A stretch of 64,000 nucleotides of DNA, taken from the NCBI RefSeq assembly GCF_016433145.1, contig NC_058132.1, positions 660,936,475 through 661,000,474 on the forward strand, written 5' to 3'. The notes under the pieces were generated by a model. It did not search any database and was not told the origin of the DNA. It saw only the letters and a program-made list of their open reading frames with translations. This DNA comes from Gracilinanus agilis (taxonomy: Eukaryota). This document shows, one piece after another, positions 25,530 to 38,780 of this stretch (the first letter of the stretch is position 1; each line of letters starts with the position of its first letter). Both the position numbers and the translations under genes were made by a program.

Positions 25530-25970
25530 AATTAACATTTATTAAGCAAATACTGGGCACTGGACAGTGGGCTTTGTGATAGGGACTGGAGATCCAAAGA
25601 TAAAAATGGAACAGATTGTCCTCAAGAAGCTTACATTCTACTGGAATGATATAATATTATAGATAAAGAATCCAGTTATATATTCTTAATTATTATTAAT
25701 ATATAATATTATAAATTTTATAAAATATAAAACATAAAATTATATATATATATATAATCCAGTAAATAAAACCAAGTAATTCAATATGCAGAAACCATTT
25801 GTAATGGGCAAACACGATACTGACTCATGAGAGACAGATGAAGACACAGCACATTCTAGGCACAGGGACACTAGCGTGCAAAAGTTGTGAGGTTGGAGAT
25901 AGACCATCGTGTATGAGGAACAGCCATAAGTAAGTAAGACTGGAACAGTTAGTGTGTGGAGGGAAACATG
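25530..25970 (-). mobile_element. L2 3' fragment with internal AT-rich expansion
   Basis: aacatttattaagc...gtcctcaagaagcttacattctactgg. Confidence 0.65.
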
Positions 25971-26474
25971 AAATAAGGATCATGGAGTCTCATGCAGATG
26001 GGAAGTAAAGAGTAGATGGCTGTCAAGGCTGCCGTGATGAGAACTTTATATTGTCTCTGGGTGGAGAGAGGGAGCTCTTGAGGATGGGCAGAGTGAAGGC
26101 TGGATTTCTTTCTCATCTGAGAAGTTGGAAAGACTTCTCACCAAATTGGTTTTGGGTTGGTTGATTTGTTGGCCAAAGTATCTGTCAGAGATTAATTTAC
26201 AATGACAAAGGAATGGCCATCTGCATTGGTGTAGGGGCTATCTATATCTATAATATCATAGAGCCCTGAAATGATTAAAGAATAAGACATGGCATTGGAT
26301 ACTTGGTGGTATGATAGTCATTAACTTTTAAAGCACCTCATCCTTTTTATAAATGGGCTCTCCTAAGAATTAAAATGTTGCTGCTTCTATACGGAGTAAA
26401 CAGCAATTATAATTGCAAGATTAAATAATTCAGTAACCAGCCATTTTTGAGCAGCTGTAGTGTTCAAGGTAAGG

Positions 26475-26715
26475 AATAGCATGGCATAGTGGACATCCAT
26501 CCATCCATCCATCCATCTATCCATCCATCCAGCCCAGGGTTGAAATCCCACCTTTGTCACACAGTGGCTGTAGGACACCATGTAAGCCACTTAATCCTTG
26601 GAGACTCCCTGACCACTTTATAACATCTTAAGATGTAGAATAGACACTAACCTGAACTGGTGAAGATAATTTCCTCACTGTGAATTCATTATATCAAAGC
26701 AATCACAGATCTGTT
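26475..26715 (+). mobile_element. Old CORE-type SINE (WALLSI/MIR-like) containing (CATC)n at 26494-26530
   Basis: atggcatagtgga...gggttgaaatccca...ccacttaatcc...aatttcctcactgtgaattc. Confidence 0.5.
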
Positions 26716-27536
26716 TCAAAATCATACAAGGCAGTGTTTTAAGTGTGTGGGAGCTAAAGACAAAAATGAAGTAGCTCCTGTCATCAAGGAACTCCTGTTG
26801 TGTTCAGAATACACCTTTTAAGGTAATTATAATTATATACAAAGTAAATACAAAGGGAATTTGGTTGGGAGAGGGGAGCACTACTGTCTTGGGAGAAGCA
26901 GAAAACTGTCCTGAAGGAGGCAGGACCTGAGTTGAATTTTGAAGGGAGTTATGAATTTGAAGAGGCAGAGCTTAAAAAGAAATATGTTTTTAGAGGCATG
27001 GGACTTATCCTATACAAAATCAAAGAGGTAGGAGATGAAATATTCTATATGGGAAATTTGTCTATATAGGGTATTTTTTCCATAATTTCTGTACCTACTC
27101 GAGGTTCAAGATCTATCACCAGCTTGCTCTCTAAATTTCATGAATCACAGAGATTCGTGAAAATATGAAGAAATCCAAGTTCCTAGTGAAGTTCTGGCTC
27201 AGGGATTATTTTCCTTATTTCCACTGGAATTAGTTCCAACTTCCCTGGGGACATTGGTTACTACTCTTCCTTAGGATTCCAGGGATAACTCTAGGGATGG
27301 CTGATTTTTTTTCTCAGAATTGTCTCTTACAATTCCCCACTGGTATGCTTCCTCTTGATTATCAGCCAGATTTATTTAGCTTTGAGCAAGGGCATTTACC
27401 AGGCAGGTATCACAGAGGGAATTGTTCTAGACTATTGTCTGTTCCAAACTACACGTTTATTTTTCTCTTGCACAGACAAGGTCCAGGGTGGGTGGGGGAT
27501 GAAAAATGGGCTCAATCTTAAGATGAAAAGGAAGTA

Positions 27537-27710
27537 GGGGCTCAGGGGATAGAGAGCCAGGCCTGGAGAAGGGAGGTCCTGGGTTCAAATTTGACTTCAG
27601 ATACTTCCTGGCTATATGCTCCTGGGCAAGTCACTTAATCCCCATCACTTAGTCCTTCTACCTTAAAACCAATACATAGTATTGATTCTAAGACAGAAGG
27701 TAAAGGTTTT
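27537..27710 (+). mobile_element. Opossum SINE (SINE1/2_Mdo-like)
   Basis: gatagagagccaggcctggagaagggaggtcctgggttcaaatttgac...gattctaagacagaaggtaaaggttt. Confidence 0.88.
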
Positions 27711-27729
27711 AATGCAAGTGAGACTTAGA

Positions 27730-29060
27730 TGTAGGGACAAGTGTTAGCAGTGACTTCACTCACAGCTCTAGTTACTAAAGTCTTCCTCTCCCTTTGCCTT
27801 GCTTGTGGCTTTCTCCTGTGCTCTAAGGGTTGATGACCTTGGAGAGATCTGAAGCTGCTCTTTCTTGTTGGATTTCTGGGCATCTCTCAGTTTCTGATGC
27901 AGAAACTCCCAACAGCCACTGCTGTTCCAAGAATACTTACCAGATCCACTGGATGTCGATGGGTTCAAAAGGTTGTAACTTGGTCAGTTCTGTCTCTGAA
28001 TCATGTTATGTTTTCCTGGGAAGCTTTCTATTTGCCCTTTTTGCACTTGGAACTAGATGCATTGGTTCCTGCTGTCTCGTACTCATCTAGTCTCTCCTGT
28101 AACGTGGTCTGTAGAGGGGACATATTCTTTTCTGCCTCCCCCCCAAAGTGAATTAAATCCCTTTCAGGGGCCTTGGAACTCTAGTTGCCAAATATGGATT
28201 CCTATCCCATTAAATTAATTACCTCTGAAATAGGGTGTAGTTTTTCTATGGATCTCAGAAGGCTCAACTTGATCTTCAAGCAACCTCAAGATATTTTCCA
28301 TGAAACCTCTTCTGTCTTTATCCAGTGACCCAAAGCCTCTATAATATCCTTTCAGACTAATTAAGGACTTAATTACACCTAAAATAGATGATTGATTTGT
28401 TTAATCAAGCTATCTCATCCTTTTAGATTAACTGGGGTGTAGGGGTGAACCCCAACTTTACACCAGTTTAACTTTCTAGGTAGTGTTGGCAAATATGGAT
28501 GACCTATTGTCCACTTCCCTATTAATTATGGGACTTGAGTGGGAATGTGCTGTGGGAAATTCTAGCCTCTTCTTTTTTTTCCAGGAAGATTTTGTTTTTC
28601 AGTTCCAAAGTAAATAGTTATTCTCTCTCTTTCTTTATCTTTTCTGGGACTACTGAACAGGTTTATCAGGAGTATTTANNNNNNNNNNNNNNNNNNNNNN
28701 NNNNNNNNNNNNNNNNNNNNNNNNNNNNNNNNNNNNNNNNNNNNNNNNNNNNNNNNNNNNNNNNNNNNNNNNNNNNNNNNNNNNNNNNNNNNNNNNNNNN
28801 NNNNNNNNNNNNNNNNNNNNNNNNNNNNACTCTGTCTGCTCACCCCCACCTCACATAAATACTCATCTCCATTAAATGCGTGACTCCCAAACCCTCAACC
28901 AGTTAACACAGTCAATTCAAACTTGGATTAAAAAAATCTTTATAATTTAGGGCTTCTCCTAGAGTTTCTTCCTTTACTTTTCCAAATCCCTAATTGCATT
29001 TTACTACTGGGCTATTACCCAGGAACAGCGTAGATAGCTATTGAACTTTTAAGACAGTCA
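27730..29060. mobile_element. Putative LTR/ERV-derived segment (contains gap 28679-28828)
   Basis: TGTAGGG termini at 27730 and 28438, LTR-like composition, minus-strand CTG|GTAAGT donor at 27935-27943; no TSD or PBS confirmed. Confidence 0.35.
28679..28828. other. Assembly gap (150 N)
   Basis: N run. Confidence 1.
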
Positions 29061-29254
29061 CATATATAACATGAAAAGTTCCTTGAGATCTTAAAAACAC
29101 TTCTATGAATTTTGGCATTAAGATATGAAGACCAGAGAAGTCCAGGAAGTGAACTGACTCTCCCCAGTTTGCAGAGACTCTCAAAAGAGCAGGTGAGATT
29201 AGAAACTAGTGCCCTGATACCATCTCAGTTATTATTCATTTAAACATATTTAAT

Positions 29255-30680
29255 TCATTATTTATTTATTTTAAACATTCTTTTCTTTTGAAATTTTGAG
29301 TTCAAAATTCCTTCCCCATGTTTCTTTCGTGCCCCCTGAGAAGGCAAACAATATATCCATTTTACATATGAAATCATAAAAAACATGTTTCTATATTAAC
29401 CATCTTTCCAAAAAAGTGAGAAAAATAAAGTGAGCAAATTATACTTCAGTTTGTATTCAGAGTTCATGAGTTCTCTCTCTGAAGGTGGATAGAAATTTTT
29501 TATTCTGAGTCCTTTGGAATTGTCTTGGATCATTGTATTGATTAGAGTAGCAAAGTTTTTTCACAATCAATCATTGCTACAATATTGTTTTTACTGGGTG
29601 CAGTGATCTGGTTCTTCATACTTCTCTTTAGATCTGTTCACATAGGGTTTGCCATGTTTTTTTTTCTCTTTTTCTCAAACCATCCCCCCTCATCATTTCT
29701 TATAGTTCAATAATATTCCAGCTTAATCATATGCCACAATTTGTTTATCTATTTCCCAATTGATGAATATCCTTTTGACATATTTTCTTGTCACCAAAAA
29801 TGAGCTGTTTTAAATAGATTTGCATATAGGTTCTTCTTCTTTTTCATTGATCTCTATGAAATATAGACCTGGTAGTGGTATTTCTGGTTCAAAGGGTATA
29901 CACAATTATACAGCCCTTTGCACATGGCTCCAAATTTTTTTCCATAATGGATGATCCAGTTCACCACACCATTAAGGTACCTATTTTCTCTCATTCTTGT
30001 CAGCATTTGTCGTTTCTAATAGATAGTACCTAGAGTCTCTTTGATTTTTTCTTGAATCAATAGTGATTTAGAGCATTGTTTCATGACTATAAATAGGTTA
30101 AATCTCTTCTTCTGAAACCTGCCTATTTATTTATTTTCACTATTTGTCAACTGGAGAAAATTTTTTATAAATTTTACTTGATTTGATGTTATATATTTGA
30201 GAAATGAGTCATTTGTCAGAGAATTTTGTGACAAAATGTTTTGATATTACTTCATTTTCTATAATACCTTATAATAATTATAATAGTATAATATAGTTTC
30301 CATGACCATCTGTTTTAATTAATTCTATTTTTGTTTTGCTCTATTTGAGATCTTGATTGCTCTATCTGCCTTTTTAACTTTAGCTGAACCATATCGGATT
30401 CTGTTCCAGTTCTTTAATTCTGTGTGTCTTTGTCTCTTGTAAACAACATGTTGTTGCATCTTGGTGTCTAATCCATTCTGCTGTCTGCTTCCATTTTATG
30501 GGTGAGCTCATCCCATTCACATTCACAGTTATGACTGCTAACTGTGTGTTTACCTATATCCCATTGTCTTATGTTCTTTCCTTCTCTCTTTTTATCCTGC
30601 CCCTTCTTAAAATCCTATTATCTCACACAACCAATTGGTTATTAGCTGTTTTGAACTGCATGTCCTATAAGCATGTCAAC
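29255..30680 (-). mobile_element. L1: 3' end and ORF2 C-terminus (29255-30245) next to ORF2 N-terminus (30290-30560)
   Basis: Minus strand encodes TVNVNGMSSPIKWKQTAEWI...CCLQE and KKADRAIKISNRAKTKIELIKTDGHGN; the left part is L1 3'UTR/C-terminus. Confidence 0.75.
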
Positions 30681-30821
30681 TTCAACATGTCTAAAAGAGA
30701 ATTAATTACCTCCTAAATCCATAAAAAAAAAAACACAAGTTATATCTGCATTGGCTCTCCTGTTGGAATATGAGTTCCCTGAGGGTAAGTATTGGTTTTG
30801 CCTTTCTTTGAATCTCTAAAG

Positions 30822-31014
30822 CAGTGGTTCCCAAACTGTTTTGGCCTACCGCCCCCTTTCCAGAAAAAAATATTACTTAGCACCCTGGAAATTAATTTTT
30901 AAAAATTTTAATAACAATTAATAGGAAAGATAAATGCCCCTGTGGCCATCACCATTTCCCTGGATCTCTGCAGCATCCACCAGGGGGTGGTGGCGCCCAC
31001 TTTGGGAATCACTG
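30822..31014. mobile_element. 193-bp hAT (OposCharlie/hAT1-like) MITE
   Basis: TIRs cagtggttcccaaact / actttgggaatcactg; perfect 8-bp TSD ctctaaag at 30814-30821 and 31015-31022. Confidence 0.93.
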
Positions 31015-32663
31015 CTCTAAAGGTTAACACAGTTACTGACAAAGTAAGTGCTTAGTAAATGAGTAGGAAGAAAGGACAAATAATGTATGTCCCAGTTTCT
31101 TTGGAAAGAGGAGAAAAAGTATGTGTGGAAGAATTTTTTATAGCTAAAAGAATCTTAAAATGGTGGCTACCCACTAAGGGAAATCTGCTTTGATTCATTT
31201 AGTTGTCACTGCTCTTCAATCTGCGAAATTCTTTTTTATTTAAACTCAAAGGAATTTAGATGTAGTCCCAAAGAGACCTCAGATGTCATCTAATCCAACA
31301 TTCTCTTTTTATAAATGATGATATCAATTTGTCCAAAGTTATACAGATAATAAGTATCTGGAGTGGTGTTTGAACCCTGATGGCAGAGCTAATATTCATT
31401 CTTTTGTAAAATGTGGCACATATACTTTGTAGTCCATTTTCTGTGTACTTGTTCTTTTCCACCAGTAGAACACAAATTCCATGAAAGCATCCCCAGTGCT
31501 TACTACAGGTCTGGGAGCTAAGGAGGCCCTTAAGCAATATATATTGAATAATACGTATAACAAGTGTTTTAATATCATGAAGAAAAAGCACAATTTTTCC
31601 AAGAACCAATCTTGAACTTGACCTTGAATTGAATACATCTGTGTAGGAAGGAAGATAAGCAACTCTTGCCTAATGGTATCCTCTCTTCTAGTCTATCATC
31701 TCTCACATCCAGATTCTAGAAGAAATCTGCTTACTATACCTTCCATAATTATGCAAGAATTATTTATTAGCATTTGAGATTTAGGTGAGCACCTGCTACT
31801 GAGCACCCTTTGATTTCTTTTAGAAGAATAAAAAGTAAAATGCTGATTTTTCTTGGGGTGTCATGAACAGCTTTTTGCTACTCCCACATCATTTTCAGAA
31901 TCGGGAGCAGAGTGACAAATGTAGGAGGCATAATGGCAGAGATGTGGTGCTCCTGTGGGAGGTGACCGTGCTAATCAGGCCAGCCAATAGAGATGGCTCT
32001 CCCTGTCTGTCTAGGAATGTTGTCTGCAAGGGGGTGCCCTACCTTCAGACCCTGGGCTAATGCTGGCTGCAGAAGCGAATACCAAAGGACCCTTGTTGGT
32101 GCCAGATACAAGTGGTATTTTTACCACCATTATTGCATGGGAGCTCCTTGAAGTCCATTTATAGCATCAATCCCAATGGAGATTTCTTTAATTAGCCATT
32201 AATTTATTTAATTGGAATAAAATTTTCTTTAATTTTTAATTAATTTAATTAAAAAGGGAAAAAAAGGGATGCTTTAGTGAGGGAAAGTCTGTCCTTCCCT
32301 CTCCACTCTTTTCATTGCAATGTTTCTGAGGGGCTTTTCGATATGATCCAGGTGATTTGAGTATTACACTATGCCATTTAACACTTTAATTGGGAGACTT
32401 TTTTCTCCAATTTCTCTGATGAGGGATAAAGTGGAGGGAAATAGAGAGACAAGACACAAGTGACGGAAAGAGTGTCCTTTTTGCTCAGATATCAGGAAGC
32501 TAATGATGAACTGAGAGGGGTAGGATTAGGGAGGAAGGAGTATTCCTAGAGGTTCACTCATTGCCTCATTCATTTGTTCAGATGGAATCAGGATGCCTTT
32601 GAGATCACAGTCTTTAAGTTAGACCTAATATGCTAAATTGTATTGCAGTTAATTATATTTCAT

Positions 32664-32885
32664 GGGGGCAGCTAGCTTGTACAGTGGATAGAATTAGGAA
32701 AACCTGAGTTCAAATCTAACCTCAGCTAAATGATTTTGGGCAAGTTGAGTGACTGTTTGCTTCAGTTTTCTCATCTGTAAAATGAGCTAGAGATGGAAAT
32801 GGCAAACCACTCCAATATCCTTGCAAAAAACCCTCAAATGGGGTCATGAAGGGTCGTGACTGAAAAATGATTAAACAACAACAAA
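32664..32885 (+). mobile_element. MAR1 SINE
   Basis: gggggcagctag...cctgagttcaaatct...ggaaatggcaaaccactcc...aaatggggtcatgaag. Confidence 0.85.
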
Positions 32886-33749
32886 AAATTTCACAAGTGG
32901 CATTCCCTGATTCCTCCAGTTATTACTAAGCTCCAATCACTAGGTATTTTTCCTTGTACACTTTTTTATTTAACTTTATATAAATATGTCCTATAGTAGA
33001 ATGTAAGCTTCTTGAGTTCAAAGACAGTCTCAATTTTGTATTTGTACGCCTAGCAGATTGGTTTGTACACGTGAAAGAGAAGTAGAATTGTAAGTTTTGT
33101 CTGTGCTTTAAAAGGGTTTTCATTCCACATCTGCTCAACTGTTTGTCAAAAGACGAGAAGACACCGGGGACCCAGTGGCGACATCATAGAAGTCTTTAAA
33201 TGTTTTAATGGAGAATTCCTTTTGTGAATGGATTAGATTATCTGATCACTGAGTTTCCTTCCATCTCTCAAATTCTATGATTATGGTTCTGATTAACAGA
33301 GGGAAAGAATCCATACTCAATCCCTAGATTTGTTCACCTGTCTCTGTATGAGAGCACCCCTCAAAAAAGGTTATTGGTCAGCCATAGTTCATAGATTTTA
33401 TTAAAGAGACTATGACTATTACTCATATTCTTTGCGTTCATCTTAGCATGGTCGAGAGAATATTTAGGGTATTAATTTATTTGGACTTTGAATAAAGGAA
33501 ACCTTGAATCTTACCTCAGATACTTATTTGCTGAGGATCCCTGGGCACATAATTTTCATTTCCTCATCTATTAAATGGGAATATTAAGGTACACATCAGA
33601 TAATTTATGTAAAATACTTTCCATTATATAAATTTCAGAATTTTTCATTTGTAGTTTTTGGGAAACCACTTTGAAATGCTATAAGTCTATATATGTGAGA
33701 AAACTCGATTTCCCTCACTAACAAACCATCATTAATGCTACCATGTTTC

Positions 33750-34276
33750 TAATTACCCATCCTGCAAGCCTGGTGTCATCAAGACTCCTCTCTCTTGCTC
33801 ATCACAAATAGTGACTCTCTTGCCACTTCTATTTATTTCTTCTTTCATAACATCTCTTTCATTTATTCCCTTCTCATTCATATAGTAATTAACCTTTTGT
33901 GGTTTTTTTTTTCCTTTCATCTCTTGCTTGAATGTCTGAAATAGTCTCCTTATTGTCTTTCCTGCCCCAAGTCTCTTCCCATTCCAATACACCCTCTATG
34001 TAGTTTCCACAGTGATTTTTCCATAGTACAGGTCTCGCTGACTATTTCATTTCAAGAAAGTTCCATATTGCCTCAAGAATCAAATATGAAGACCCCTGTT
34101 TGGTATTTAAAGGTGTTTGTAATCTGGTTCCTTTTTTCCACATCCTGTAATGAATGACTCCCTTTTGTAATCATATCTTCCCTCTGAGATCATCTGAAAC
34201 TTACTTCATACCTTTCTTATTTGTACATTATTATTTCAATGCTGTCTATCCATTAAATCTTGAGCTCCTAGAGAGC

Positions 34277-34313
<37 letters not shown>

Positions 34314-34660
34314 TGACCTGTTTTTAAATGTAGAAGGCATTTACTAAGTATTACTGACTTGATTTCATAGTTCATTAACTTGATTTTATTTGTCCATTGA
34401 AATTAATCCTCATATACAGTCTAGCATTTTCCATCTTTGTGTCTTTCTCCTGGCAGTTCCTATGCCTAGACAGTTCTCTCAGAATCTTAGCTCTAAGAAT
34501 CTTTATTCTTCTTCAAGACTCATTTCAAACTTCTACATGAAACATTTCCTGATCCCTCCAGCTGATAGTGGCCTCCTTAACAAAAGCACATTATATTTAT
34601 TAATTATCTGCTTGATTATGTATGTTTCTTCCCAATAGAATGTAAGCTCCATGAGGGCAG
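33750..34660 (+). mobile_element. L2 fragments (with (TAT)n near 34281-34312)
   Basis: ttcaagcaagagatg and ccccaagtctcttcccattcc motifs; 3' end agaatgtaagctccatgagggcag. Confidence 0.65.
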
Positions 34661-34833
34661 ATGAATAGTGTTTATAGTTCCTGTCTTCAAGAAGCTTATA
34701 GTTTAGCAGGATAGATAAGATAGAGGCAACTACAGCTCAAATTAGAATAGAACAAATGCATCAGAGACATATAGATACCATATGAAAGAATGCTGAGGGA
34801 AAGAATATTTCATGAATTTAACCTGAGCTGGTT

Positions 34834-35078
34834 GAAGGATTTCTTACTTTGGGGTCAATGAAGCCCACTCTCCAACTAGATCTTATCAACTTCAGGAGAT
34901 TTGCAAATTTGGATGAGGAATAAATATTTGACTATGATTCAGGGGAAAATATCACTTTATTTTCATTAATGTCCAACTAAAAATTGCAATTTCCTTAAAA
35001 TATTTTCTCATGAAAGGTCCATAGGCTTCATTATAACAAAAGGAGTCTATGACACACAAAATAAGTTTAATAACTCTT
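34834..35078 (+). mobile_element. Old hAT-Charlie MITE (Charlie4-like)
   Basis: ttcttactttggggtcaatg...aaggtccataggcttca...gagtctatgacacacaaaataagtttaataactc resembles both Charlie4 ends. Confidence 0.55.
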
Positions 35079-36239
35079 TTACTGGAGGACATTCAAGGTC
35101 CCTTTCAATTCCAAACATATGTTCCTATGATCTGCTTCTTAAAATGCCTTTGACATTTTTGCATTTATTTTCTTGGAATACGATCCTGAATGCCAAGGCA
35201 ATTGAGTCTTAGTGGCATCTGAAACATTCCTTCGCCAATTTCCCTTTCTTCAGTTCTTTATGTAGGAGAAAACTATCAATTTTAATAAATGTCCAAACTG
35301 GAATTTAGGTCAGTCTTGTTTTATTGGGCCCCAGTAATTTTGTGGCTCTTTCTTCTGAAGCTGGTTGCTTTCATTTCCACCATAGCAGAATGGACTAGGA
35401 GCTTCATGGAATCTTTCTCTTCTCATTCTCCTCCTTCTTATGTGTTAAGTAATGGATCCTTGTGTCACTGAAGATAGTAGATTGTATGGAGTCTCTAGCA
35501 TGAAGTGATATGAAAAATTCAAAAGGCATATATGCTTCTTCCATAGTTGATGCAATTTAATACCACTAAAATCACTCAGAGGTAAGAGCTTTCTCTTAAA
35601 GCTCCATTTTTTCCCTTCAAAATAGGAAGAGTTAAATGACTTTCATAAAAGATGGTGATCTATTTTAATTATCTTAACTTCACTTTATTTTCAGGAGAAT
35701 TTAGAAAGTTCTATTTTAATACTTTGAAATATTAATAATACCCGACTAAAATGTTAGTAGTGAGCATCCTTTGCTAAATCCTTGGCTCTCTGAAAGCTTT
35801 GCATTTTATTTTATTAGTTATTTAATACACAGAGTGAATTGTGTGGTCTTAAACATCTCAAAGCTGGATTTTTAATTAAGATGAAAAGGAGAGGGAGACC
35901 TCATTGTTGGAATATCTTAATGTCTGACATATAAAGTAGTTTCCTTAACATATGAAGTTAATTATAAAAAGCAGTCTCAAAAAAAGAAGAGAATAATAAT
36001 CAATTTTCATCTTTCATCTTATTACTGCTGGTCAAGAAAGGTTCAGTTTGCAATAACCACCTTTCGGTATGAATCAAGCAACAACATTTATCTATTTATT
36101 TATTCATTCATTTACTTATCTACCTATGTGTCTATCTATCGATATTTAGTACTGGAGATATAGTAAAATTTGTATAAATGAACATTTAACTTGAGTAATG
36201 CCAGTCTACTTGAATCTAGCCATCACTTTGGGGTCTTTT

Positions 36240-36377
36240 NNNNNNNNNNNNNNNNNNNNNNNNNNNNNNNNNNNNNNNNNNNNNNNNNNNNNNNNNNNNN
36301 NNNNNNNNNNNNNNNNNNNNNNNNNNNNNNNNNNNNNNNNNNNNNNNNNNNNNNNNNNNNNNNNNNNNNNNNNNNNN
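36240..36377. other. Assembly gap (138 N)
   Basis: N run. Confidence 1.
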
Positions 36378-36724
36378 GCTTACACCACTTTTCCTCAATA
36401 GTGTGACCACAGATGGTTAATATTTCAAGGCAGATTGAATGCTATTATCAATTTTAACCTAATAGTGTCTTTATGATCAGAACCATAAATAGCAATGGTG
36501 ACACCTATTGCAAGTAGCATGAGATGGAACCTAGGAAAAACAAAACTAAAGACATCTTCAAGCCAGCCACCTCAGAAGGGGACACCCCAACATTTCTTTT
36601 AGGTTATATAATGAAGTCATTGTTGGAGTGGCTTCTTCTTGAGGAGGAGCCACGATGGAGTTCACCTCATATGTTGCCACCTGGGGAGAAAGCACACCAT
36701 CTGGTAGCTTCTAAGTTTTGCTAA

Positions 36725-37200
36725 TTTTTTAATAACATTTTTTCTCTCCTTCCCCATTGCCCCCTGAGTAAGGCAGGTAATATGATATAGGTTGTACATA
36801 TATTATCATATAATACACATTTCCATGTTTATGATGTTGTGAAAGAAGATGTATATTCCACCAGAGAAAAATTCGTGGTGAAAATAAAATAAAGAATGGT
36901 ATGTTTCGATCTGCATTCGGACTCTTTTCCTTCTATGGTGATGGTTATCCTTTTTCATCATGAGTTCCTTGGAGTTGTCCTGGATCTGTGCCTTGTTGAT
37001 AATAGTTAAGGCACTCACAGTCGATCATCCTACATTATTTTTGTTATCATATACAATGTTCTCCTGGTTTTGCTCACTTCACTTTGCATCACTTCATATA
37101 AATCTTTCTAGATTTTTATCCTGCTCATTTTTTATGACACAATAGCATTCCATTACAAGTATATTCCTCACCATATTCAGCCATTCTCCAAATGATGGAC
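36725..37200 (-). mobile_element. Marsupial L1 3' end
   Basis: ttggagttgtcctggatc...ctcctggttttgctcacttcactttgcatcacttcatataaatc, the reverse of the 15.7-kb copy. Confidence 0.85.
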
Positions 37201-37274
37201 TTGCTTAGTTCTTTTTATTTATTGATTTCTATGTTAGCGAAGGATTGATAATCATTTATAAACATGGATAAGGA

Positions 37275-37810
37275 AACATAGTTATAAAGCTAAAAGGGAA
37301 GTCAGAGGTCATCTATTCTAATTATCTTATTTTACAGAGGAGGAAACTGAGGCAAAGAGGTGCTAAGTGATTTGCCAAGGGTTATACAGGTAATAAAAAT
37401 TAGAGGATGTATTTGTACTCACTACCTCAGACTCCAGAGTCAATATTTCTCCTATAGCTCCCAATGAAGCAAAAGGAAAAAAAGAGACTATTTTATAATC
37501 ATTATTTTATATATTTGTATCCTATAAATTTTGGTACCCTTTAGGACCCTATCTTGTTTACAACTCTGTGATCAAAAAAGATACATTGGATTCACCATCA
37601 TTTTTGCCTATTTTGATATGCAAAGTAGTGTTATAGAAAGAACAATGGATTTGGAGTCAGAGGAATCCGGTTAAAATCCCACCTTTGTCCTTTAGTACCT
37701 ATGTAATCTTGGAAAAATTATGTAGCCTCTTGGGATTTCACCTGTAAATGAAAGGTGTTGGACTAGATGATCTCTTATGTCCCTTTAATTGCTCAATCTA
37801 TGATCTTACT
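37275..37810. mobile_element. MIR (-, 37275-37440) and MIR3-like (+, 37620-37810) fragments
   Basis: ttttacagaggaggaaactgaggc; ttggagtcagagga...ggactagatgatctc. Confidence 0.7.
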
Positions 37811-38584
37811 GATGACAAAATAAACACACCCAGGAGAGGAGGTGGGTGGCCCAAAGGAGAGCTCTTTGGAAAAGAAAAAAAAAACTTAGCCTCACAAAAG
37901 CGTGTTCTCCCCTCCTCCATGGTTTAAAAGGTACCCTGTTTCTCAGCCATGTTTCACGACTTCATTTGAAACTAATCTTGTGTAACAGAACACAAGAATT
38001 CAAATGGACTTTTCTGCTGATAGAAGTTGAACTCTTGGTTCTCTGTGCTCAGATTATACATAGAAATAATGGGAAAAAAGGAAGAGTTTACTTGTCTTTT
38101 TCTCTGAAGTATTGTAGTGGTCTTTTTTCACTGTGATCTGGGGCTATTTCTTTTCCAAGATGGTAAAAGAAACCTTTAGCTCACCTTCCCCTGCATCTTC
38201 TTGAATGCTGAAGTCACTAATTATGTTGTAATGAACTCAAATGTAATACCTTTGACCCAAATGGGTTATATCTTGGCTGCCCCCAGGAACCAGTGATAGG
38301 GAAGACGGGTTTGGTGAATGGACAGATCAAAGCCTGTGCCACCATTACTTTTTTAGAAAAAGAAGACATCTTCCAAATGCTATCATTCATCATGGCATGA
38401 TGTGCCTCCTGTTTTAGCCTAAATAGGCGTCCGTTTTCCATTGTGTTAGACACAATGACTTGTGTGTAGGAGGACACTGCTGATGGAGAATATAAACCAA
38501 GTGCCATCACCATAGAAGGATGATTTTTTTTTTTGGGTAGAAGTTAAAGTGAAGAGAGGGCAACGCTAAGAAAAAGCTATTTAT

Positions 38585-38780
38585 AGGAGCTAAGCTACAA
38601 GACACGTTAGATGGGATCCAGCTAGCCATTTCATTTTAAGGAGGAAGAAACTGAGACAGAAAGCAGTAAAGCGAATTTGGAGTTGATCTAGACTCACCTC
38701 ATTATTACAGATGGTGGAAAATGAGGTAGTCAAGATGAGATGTCTGACTCCAAAGTCAGGGCTCTTTCCAATGTCTCCTT
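38585..38780 (-). mobile_element. MIR fragments
   Basis: gaggaagaaactgagacaga; ctgactccaaagtcagggctctttcca. Confidence 0.65.

Noticed and set aside
38179-38513. 98-aa ORF and a strong minus-strand donor AAG|GTGAGC at 38185
   Set aside because: The ORF stops before the donor, and the only frame reaching the donor has an upstream stop and no good acceptor.
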